Below are positions 57,623 through 64,000 of a stretch of 64,000 nt of DNA, piece by piece. A program made the translations under genes and the position numbers. The notes under the pieces were generated by a model, which worked only from the letters and a program-made list of their open reading frames with translations, was not told the DNA's origin and searched no databases. The stretch is from Parcubacteria bacterium OLB19 (GTDB lineage Bacteria > Patescibacteriota > Minisyncoccia > Phycocordibacterales > UBA918): the NCBI GenBank assembly GCA_001567365.1, contig JZEL01000012.1, positions 1,215-65,214 on the forward strand, read 5' to 3'. The first letter of the stretch is position 1, and the number at the start of each line of letters is the position of its first letter.

Positions 57623-59509
57623 TTACTTATTTTCTTCAGGTTTATTTTCCTTTACTTCAGCATCACGTACTTCATCACCTCCTCCTGCACTAGCTTCATT
57701 TGTCGCTGAAGCTTTTTGGATAATTTCACCAATCTTTTGTAAAGAATTAGACAAATCATCAATCATTTTTTCAATCACCTCTTTTTCATCACTGTCTTTT
57801 GCACCACGCAGAGCATTCATTTTACCTTCAATCTCTGTTTTGGTATCAGCTGGAATTTTATCACCATGATCCTTTAGAGATTTTTCGGCAGTGTAAATAA
57901 GTTGTTCGGCTTGATTTTTAGTGTCAATTAGAGCTTTTTTACGTTCATCTTCACTAGCATGTTCTTCTGCTTCCCTTTTCATACGTTCAATATCGGCTTC
58001 AGACAATCCTGAGTTAGCCTCAATACGAATAGACTGCTCCTTACCAGTAGTTTTATCCTTAGCGGTCACATTCAAAACACCGTTACTATCAACATCAAAT
58101 GTTACCTCGATTTGTGGCATACCACGCGGTGCTGGTGGAATACCATCAAGAACAAACTTACCCAACGATTTATTATCATTAGCCATTGGACGCTCACCTT
58201 GTACAATATGAATTTCAGTAGAAGTTTGATTATCAGCAGCAGTTGAGAAAACTTGTTGTTTTCTGGTCGGAATATGGGTATTTTTCTCAATTAATTTTGT
58301 ATTCACACCTCCCATAGTTTCAATACCAAGAGAGAGAGGAATAACATCCACCAAAGTAATATCCTGCACATCACCCTGGAAGATACCGGCCTGAATAGCC
58401 GCTCCCAAAGCCACCACCTCATCCGGATTCACACTCTTATTTGGTTCTTTACCAAATAAATCTTTCACCGCCTTCTGAATTGCCGGCATACGGGTTTGTC
58501 CACCCACAAGAATAATTTCATCAACTTCTTCTTTTTTAATTCCCGATGCCTCCATAGCTCGCTTAGTAATTTCAATTGAACGATCTATGAACTCATGTGC
58601 GATTTCCTCAAGCTTAGCGCGGGTAAGCTTTATAAGTAGGTGTTTTGGACCATTAGCATCTGATGTAATGAATGGGATATTGATTTCAGACTCCATGGCC
58701 GAAGATAGTTCATGTTTAGCCTTTTCTGAAGCTTCGTCAAGACGTTGCAAAGCCAACTTATCCTTAGATAAATCTATTCCTTCTGACTTCTTGAATTCAT
58801 CAATCAAGAAACGCACGATACCTTGATCAATATCGCGACCACCCATATGAGCATCGCCGTCAGTAGACTGCACCTCTACCACATCATCACCCACCTCAAG
58901 CACGGTCACATCAAAAGTACCTCCACCAAAATCGTATACTACGATTTTTTCATCCTTCTTTTTATTGAAACCGTAAGCTAAAGCAGCTGCGGTTGGTTCA
59001 TTAATAATACGCTTTACTTCCAAACCAGCTACACGACCGGCATCCTGAGTAGCTTTTCTTTGTGCATCGTTGAAATAAGCCGGAACAGTGATCACTGCTT
59101 CAGTAATTTTTTCACCAAGCTTAGCTTCAGCATCAGCTTTCAACTTTGATAAAATCATAGCCGACACTTCTTCTGGACGATAATCTTTTTCACCCATTTT
59201 CACCACCACTCCCTCGTCCGACCCCTTCTTTACTTCATAAGGTACAATAGTTTTATCTTTTTGCACCGCCCCTTCGTCATAAGTGTGACCCATAAAGCGT
59301 TTAATACCGTAAATAGTATTAGTCGGGTTTGTTACAGCCTGACGCTTTGCGATTTGTCCCACCAATCTTTCTCCAGTTTTTGAAATCGCAACAATAGAAG
59401 GTGTAGTTCTGTTACCTTCACTGTTTTCAATAATAGTCGGCTCACCCGCCTCAATAATCGCCATTGCTGAGTTGGTGGTTCCTAAGTCAATTCCAAGTAT
59501 TTTTGCCAT
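57623..59509 (-). CDS. dnaK: Chaperone DnaK (Hsp70)
   Basis: [22 protein letters not shown], and canonical Hsp70 throughout. ATG at 59509 is preferred over the longer ORF. Confidence 0.95.
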   Translation of the reverse strand: MAKILGIDLGTTNSAMAIIEAGEPTIIENSEGNRTTPSIVAISKTGERLVGQIAKRQAVTNPTNTIYGIKRFMGHTYDEGAVQKDKTIVPYEVKKGSDEGVVVKMGEKDYRPEEVSAMILSKLKADAEAKLGEKITEAVITVPAYFNDAQRKATQDAGRVAGLEVKRIINEPTAAALAYGFNKKKDEKIVVYDFGGGTFDVTVLEVGDDVVEVQSTDGDAHMGGRDIDQGIVRFLIDEFKKSEGIDLSKDKLALQRLDEASEKAKHELSSAMESEINIPFITSDANGPKHLLIKLTRAKLEEIAHEFIDRSIEITKRAMEASGIKKEEVDEIILVGGQTRMPAIQKAVKDLFGKEPNKSVNPDEVVALGAAIQAGIFQGDVQDITLVDVIPLSLGIETMGGVNTKLIEKNTHIPTRKQQVFSTAADNQTSTEIHIVQGERPMANDNKSLGKFVLDGIPPAPRGMPQIEVTFDVDSNGVLNVTAKDKTTGKEQSIRIEANSGLSEADIERMKREAEEHASEDERKKALIDTKNQAEQLIYTAEKSLKDHGDKIPADTKTEIEGKMNALRGAKDSDEKEVIEKMIDDLSNSLQKIGEIIQKASATNEASAGGGDEVRDAEVKENKPEENK

Positions 59510-59528
59510 AATGATTTTGTTAAAACTA

Positions 59529-60146
59529 TTAATTTTTTTCGTAAACTCCAATTGCTACTCGAGCTGGTCTTATTACTTCTATTACTCCATCAGTCTTCTG
59601 CATCTCGTAACCCATTTGAATCACAGAAATAATTTTGTCGTGCTGTTTTTCATCATCAACAGAAACATTAGACAAAGCTTCGTGTTTATACGGATCGAAA
59701 TTATGTCCAATTGGGTTAATGATTTTCACATTGTAGGAATTTAAAATACTCTGTAACTGTGAATAAATTCCTTCCACTCCCTTTCGCCAATTAGCATCAG
59801 CCTTATCCCAACTTTCTTTATCTGCCATTGCCATCTGAAAACTGTCACACATCGGCAAAAGTCGCTCGACATGATTTATAACCGCTCGTTCGCGATCTTT
59901 CAATCTTTCCTCTTCTAAACGTCTGCGAGCATTCAAGAAATCCGCCTTTACTCTTTGTGTCTCCTCTAAAATTTCTCTTTTCTCCTGATCACAAACCTTT
60001 AACTTTGCTTTTAATGAACTAATAATATCCTTTTCTCTCTCCTCAATTTCTTCTAAATCAGGTTCAATAATTTCCGTTGTATCATTGGTGATTTCTACGT
60101 CATCCTGACTATTATTTTCTTCTTTTTCTTGTCTTTTATTCACCAT
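59529..60146 (-). CDS. grpE: Nucleotide exchange factor GrpE
   Basis: Coiled-coil N-terminus; C-terminus [16 protein letters not shown]...VIQMGY. Start taken at MVNKRQ. Confidence 0.8.
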   Translation of the reverse strand: MVNKRQEKEENNSQDDVEITNDTTEIIEPDLEEIEEREKDIISSLKAKLKVCDQEKREILEETQRVKADFLNARRRLEEERLKDRERAVINHVERLLPMCDSFQMAMADKESWDKADANWRKGVEGIYSQLQSILNSYNVKIINPIGHNFDPYKHEALSNVSVDDEKQHDKIISVIQMGYEMQKTDGVIEVIRPARVAIGVYEKN

Positions 60147-60183
60147 ACTCGCATTATAAATTTGAAAGTGTGTTTTGTCAAAA

Positions 60184-60741
60184 TCAGTTAGCTCGAGAAT
60201 ATAGACTTCCCTTTCCTGGAAAAACTTGCACCAAGGCATTTCGAACAGCCTCCTCAAGTCCAATTTCACGAGATATTTTATTACCAGTGTAATCTCCCCA
60301 GGTATCAACACCCAATGTCGCATCTATACCCATATTATATTTTACTCTAAATGAATTCATTATATCCCGATGATTTGAAACATCTGGTAAAAGTTTTGTT
60401 GAAATGGATTCTGGCAACTTCACTCCACTTGAATAAGCTGTGTAGATTTTTCCATCATAAATAATGGCAGACCAAACCTCTTCATACCAGTCACCAAATC
60501 GATTTATCAGACCACTTTCTATACCAATATACAAATCATAATCGGTATTATGCTTTTCTGCGCTCACAGCACGATTTATCGCTCCCTGCTTAGTCTCCTC
60601 ACCCAAAGGAGTTTCCGAGACATCAGAAACAGCAGAAAAACCAGTAATAGCGTACTCATTATCACCAACAAACACATTATCAATTACAGTTCGGACTGCT
60701 TCAATTTTTCTTTTATTTTCTGTACCAACTAAAATCCTCAT
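60184..60741 (-). CDS. Non-canonical purine NTP phosphatase (inosine/xanthosine triphosphatase, YjjX-like)
   Basis: MRILVGTENKRKIEAV...LYIGIESG. Confidence 0.6.
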   Translation of the reverse strand: MRILVGTENKRKIEAVRTVIDNVFVGDNEYAITGFSAVSDVSETPLGEETKQGAINRAVSAEKHNTDYDLYIGIESGLINRFGDWYEEVWSAIIYDGKIYTAYSSGVKLPESISTKLLPDVSNHRDIMNSFRVKYNMGIDATLGVDTWGDYTGNKISREIGLEEAVRNALVQVFPGKGSLYSRAN

Positions 60742-60820
60742 AAAAAAATATTTTTAGGTTGATACTATAACACAAAAACTCCCTACGGGAGTTTTTGTGT
60801 TTTCTTTCTTAAAAAGAAGA

Positions 60821-61228
60821 TTAACGCTTTGACCAGGCTGGTCGCTTGCGAGCTTTTCGCAAACCGAACTTCTTGCGTTCTACTGAGCGAGCGTCACGCT
60901 TTAGGTAACCTTCACGTTTTAATGGAATACGGCGATTAGCTTTTTCCTTTACAAGGGCACGAGCAATACCGAGTCGAATAGCTTCAGCTTGGGCTGAAAG
61001 ACCTCCGCCCACCACCTTAGCAGTGATAGTGTAATTCTCAATACCAGCATCTTTTGTATCAAGTACTGATGTTACATCTAGTTGTTCAGCTGTGTGCTTG
61101 AAGTACTCTTTGTATTCCTTACCGTTTACTGAGATAGTGGTTGCATTAGCCTCAGTAAGACGTACACGAGCTGTAGCTGTCTTTCGACGACCAATACCCT
61201 CTACATATTTCTTTGAATCTCCAGCCAT
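60821..61228 (-). CDS. rpsI: 30S ribosomal protein S9
   Basis: GGGLSAQAEAIRLGIARAL...KKFGLRKARKRPAWSKR. Confidence 0.9.
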   Translation of the reverse strand: MAGDSKKYVEGIGRRKTATARVRLTEANATTISVNGKEYKEYFKHTAEQLDVTSVLDTKDAGIENYTITAKVVGGGLSAQAEAIRLGIARALVKEKANRRIPLKREGYLKRDARSVERKKFGLRKARKRPAWSKR

Positions 61229-61229
61229 A

Positions 61230-61592
61230 TTATTCAGAAATCACTAGGTTTTTTAATAAAATTTTCTTTAGCTTATTGTCTGGAAGCATACCACCAATCG
61301 TGCGACGCACAATTTCAGCATAACCACGACGCTTTGCCAAATGATCGAGAGTTTCTACCCTTCGTCCACCAGGATAACCAGAGTATGTTTGATAAATCTC
61401 AATTTTCTTCTTTTCTGGAATATCAAGCTTGCTGACATTCTTAACTTCAACCTTGACATCAGCCACTAAATGACGAGCAAAATCAGCTTGGTCTTTACCC
61501 ATAAGTAATTTTGCCACTTCTGTCGCTAAATTACCTAAACGCTTGCCAGTAGCATCTATTGTATGAAGTTTTGTAGTTGTTTGTGTTTCCAT
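61230..61592 (-). CDS. rplM: 50S ribosomal protein L13
   Basis: IDATGKRLGNLATEVAKLL...GMLP. Confidence 0.85.
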   Translation of the reverse strand: METQTTTKLHTIDATGKRLGNLATEVAKLLMGKDQADFARHLVADVKVEVKNVSKLDIPEKKKIEIYQTYSGYPGGRRVETLDHLAKRRGYAEIVRRTIGGMLPDNKLKKILLKNLVISE

Positions 61593-61598
61593 ATAATT

Positions 61599-61955
61599 TT
61601 ATTCTACAAATTCAATTACGGCTTGTACACGACCTGAAGGCATACGACCCATCTTAATCACGCGGGTATAACCACCATTTCTAGTAGCATACTTTGGAGC
61701 AATATCTGTGAAAAGCTTCTTAATAATAGTGTCGCTCGGCTCACCTAGACGACTAGCCACAATTCGACGAGAAGCTACAGTACCCTTTTTTGCATGAGTA
61801 ACTAACCTTTCGATACGTGGTTGTAATTCCTTAGCTTTAGCTAAAGTAGTGGTAATTTTACCATCTCTGATCAATGACACAGAAAGCCCGCGCAACAAAG
61901 AGGTGCGTTGATCAGTCGTTCGGCTTAATGTTCTGTTTTTATTAGAATGTCTCAT
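61599..61955 (-). CDS. rplQ: 50S ribosomal protein L17
   Basis: MRHSNKNRTLSRTTDQRTSLLRGLSVSLIRDGKITTTLAKAKEL. Confidence 0.9.
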   Translation of the reverse strand: MRHSNKNRTLSRTTDQRTSLLRGLSVSLIRDGKITTTLAKAKELQPRIERLVTHAKKGTVASRRIVASRLGEPSDTIIKKLFTDIAPKYATRNGGYTRVIKMGRMPSGRVQAVIEFVE

Positions 61956-61960
61956 ACTTT

Positions 61961-62920
61961 TTATTCAGTCAGTGATAGACCCATCTTTTGTAGAAGTTCA
62001 GTGATTTCTTCTAATCCCTTAGGTCCAATACCGTCGAGGGCTAGAATATCATCTTTTGACTTTCGCACAAGCCCCCCTACAGTTCGGATACTAGCTTCCT
62101 CAAGAGCTTGAGCAGTTCGAGTAGAAAGGTCTAGTGTTTCGATACGGGTTTTTAAAATATCTGAACTTGGTTCTGTACTTACTTCAGCTGTAGTTTCTGC
62201 AGACGGAGTAACAGGGGCAGTGTATTTTTCTTGAAAACCAATAACAGCACTTAGTTGATGTACCATGATTTCAATTGCTTTTTCTAAAGCTTCACGAGGG
62301 GTAAAAGTACCGTCAGTTTCAATTGAAACACGAAGACGATTGTAGTCAGTACGATCTCCAACACGCATGTTTTCTACCTCGTAATTAGCGCGACGAATCG
62401 GTGTAAACACAGCATCAAGCGCGATTGTACCTACATCTACCTTATCTTTTTGATGAACTTCACGTGGTACATAACCAAGTCCTTTTTCTACCAAAATCTC
62501 CATCTCTAGAGTTGTACCCTTAGCTGTAATTTCAGCAATTGGTTGCTCTGGATTCAAAACCTCTACCTGTGAAGGAGTAATTAAATCTCCAGCTGTAACC
62601 ATACCAACACCACTTTTCTTTAGTGTAATAGTGATTGGTTCATCACTATGTAATGCCAATCGTACTCGCTTAAGGTTTAGCAGGATAGTAAGAACATCTT
62701 CTTTTACACCATCCATTACGCTGAATTCGTGCTCTACACCTTCAATCTTAACTTGTGTAATTGCTGCTCCTGGTAGTGAAGAAAGAATAATTCGGCGAAG
62801 TGAATTTCCTAAAGTGTGACCATAACCTGGGTAAAGATTATCAATCTCAAAAACTCCAGTAAATTCATCCTCTGATACAACTCGTGGCTTGGAAGGTAGG
62901 GTGACGTTTGTTTCTAACAT
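61961..62920 (-). CDS. rpoA: DNA-directed RNA polymerase subunit alpha
   Basis: The N-terminal domain is [30 protein letters not shown]. The C-terminal domain is [22 protein letters not shown]. Confidence 0.95.
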   Translation of the reverse strand: [319 protein letters not shown]

Positions 62921-62952
62921 AGTTTTTTAAATTACGCTTAATAACATCTATC

Positions 62953-63558
62953 CTATCGACTGTAGTATTCCATCACTTGTTCAGGATCGAACAACGTTTC
63001 TACTGGGTTATACACTGGTACAGCAGTCACAGAACCAGCAAGTTTCTTTACATCTAAAGATAACCATGAAGGCACACCAGCTGATTCATGTGTATCAGAA
63101 ATTTGGGCAAACAATGGTGATGATTTACTGCCTTCACGAATAGAAATAATATCTCCAACACGTACCTTGTGAGATGGTATAGACAAACGCTTACCATTAA
63201 CAATAATATGTCCATGTGAGACAATTTGACGAGCAAGACGACGAGTCTTTGCAAGACCAAGACGATAAACTACGTTATCTAAACGAGACTCTAAACGCTC
63301 CATTAGAATAGCAGTTGGTTGAGAACTCTTCTCCATTGCCTCGTCAACATAACGACGAAGTTGCTTCTCGGTAATTCCATAAGTGAAACGCATTTTTTGC
63401 TTTTCAATTAATTGACGCTTGTAGTCACTAGCTTGACCAGCACGTTTTCGTTCCCTTCCACTACGAGCTTGTGAAAGAGCAAATTTTTGTGATTGAGTTT
63501 TTTCAAAGATTGGCGCACCTAGTCGTTTAGCAATCTTAAATTTTGGACCTATTTTCAT
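62953..63558 (-). CDS. rpsD: 30S ribosomal protein S4
   Basis: MKIGPKFKIAKRLG...ESRLDNVVYRLGLAKTRRLARQ. Confidence 0.9.
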   Translation of the reverse strand: MKIGPKFKIAKRLGAPIFEKTQSQKFALSQARSGRERKRAGQASDYKRQLIEKQKMRFTYGITEKQLRRYVDEAMEKSSQPTAILMERLESRLDNVVYRLGLAKTRRLARQIVSHGHIIVNGKRLSIPSHKVRVGDIISIREGSKSSPLFAQISDTHESAGVPSWLSLDVKKLAGSVTAVPVYNPVETLFDPEQVMEYYSR

Positions 63559-63572
63559 ACTTTTAGATTACA

Positions 63573-64000
63573 TTAAACACGACGTGGCTTAGGTGGTCGT
63601 GTACCGTTAAATGGCACTGGTGTCATATCGATAATCTTAGTTATACCGATACCTTTACCAGAAAAAGCACGTAGAGCTGACTCGCGACCAGCACCAACGC
63701 CACGAACTACTACTTCAGCATCTTTCATTCCCATCTGTTGTGCTTTCTCACCAATAATCTCCCCTACTTTAGCGGCGGCGAAAGGTGTACTTTTTCGTGA
63801 ACCCTTAAAGCCAAGAGCTCCACTGGAAGCACTCATTACTGCATTTCCTTTCGGATCACAGAGTGTTAACAGTGTGTTATTAAAAGTTGCTAGGATATTA
63901 AGTTTTCCAGTCGCTAACTTGCGCTTTGGAATACTATTGAGAGCTCTTGATGTTCCAGAAACATCAGAACCACCTCCTTTTTTGATGATACGTTTCTTAC
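63573..64000 (-). CDS. rpsK: 30S ribosomal protein S11; the 5' end lies beyond the window end
   Basis: ...ATFNNTLLTLCDPKGNAVMSASSGALGFKGSRKSTPFAA...TPVPFNGTRPPKPRRV. The frame is still open at base 64000. Confidence 0.85.
   Translation of the reverse strand, partial: KKRIIKKGGGSDVSGTSRALNSIPKRKLATGKLNILATFNNTLLTLCDPKGNAVMSASSGALGFKGSRKSTPFAAAKVGEIIGEKAQQMGMKDAEVVVRGVGAGRESALRAFSGKGIGITKIIDMTPVPFNGTRPPKPRRV

Noticed and set aside
1-64000. CRISPR array or cas genes
   Set aside because: There are no regularly spaced direct repeats with unique spacers anywhere. The only tandem repetition is the protein-coding acidic repeat at ~18,540-19,060, and no Cas-like ORFs are present.

Overview
The window joins two compositionally different parts. 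Bases ~1-13,900 are visibly GC-richer, and every gene I can name there is typical of an integrated mobile/defence island. Going from left to right it contains:
- a partial GNAT acetyltransferase, an ASCH (PUA-like) protein, a HARE-HTH + PD-(D/E)xK (Mrr-like) nuclease, and a Type III restriction-modification pair (res intact, mod frameshifted), all on the minus strand;
- an Xis/MerR-type HTH protein next to an 11-mer repeat set in front of mod;
- a block of TPR protein, small protein, P-loop NTPase and two hypothetical proteins;
- a large serine recombinase whose 3' end abuts a tRNA-Glu(UUC) gene, with a 20-bp direct repeat of the tRNA 5' half 127 bp further on.

Bases ~14,000-64,000 are AT-rich core genome, in character like a small-genome, cell-walled bacterium (possibly Candidate Phyla Radiation / Patescibacteria, a guess). 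Genes I am confident of include:
- replication/repair: dnaB, recR, rmuC, Pif1-like helicase, scpAB;
- tRNA synthetases: cysS, gltX, trpS, a type-2 aspS;
- chaperones: dnaK-dnaJ-grpE;
- cell wall: murG-ftsW, mraY, a D-Ala-D-Ala carboxypeptidase, murI, an M23 peptidase, a lytic transglycosylase;
- ribosomal and RNAP: the rpsK-rpsD-rpoA-rplQ and rplM-rpsI operons, rplU, rplI, rpmA;
- others: pgi, a ROK kinase, a LOG-family protein, pepA, ctpA, a PPIase, a histidine kinase translationally coupled to a SET-domain protein, a PurD-like ATP-grasp protein, an EVE-domain protein.

There is no CRISPR array, no rRNA, and only the one tRNA. At least six genes look split by single-base indels inside homopolymer runs, which I read as sequencing error more than biology. 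The candidate novel system is the island itself. The strongest part of that case is the res-nuclease-ASCH-GNAT gene string of tightly spaced minus-strand genes, with the frameshifted mod directly upstream, and the adjacent TPR/NTPase block. Every call is from reading motifs by eye; no database search was possible.
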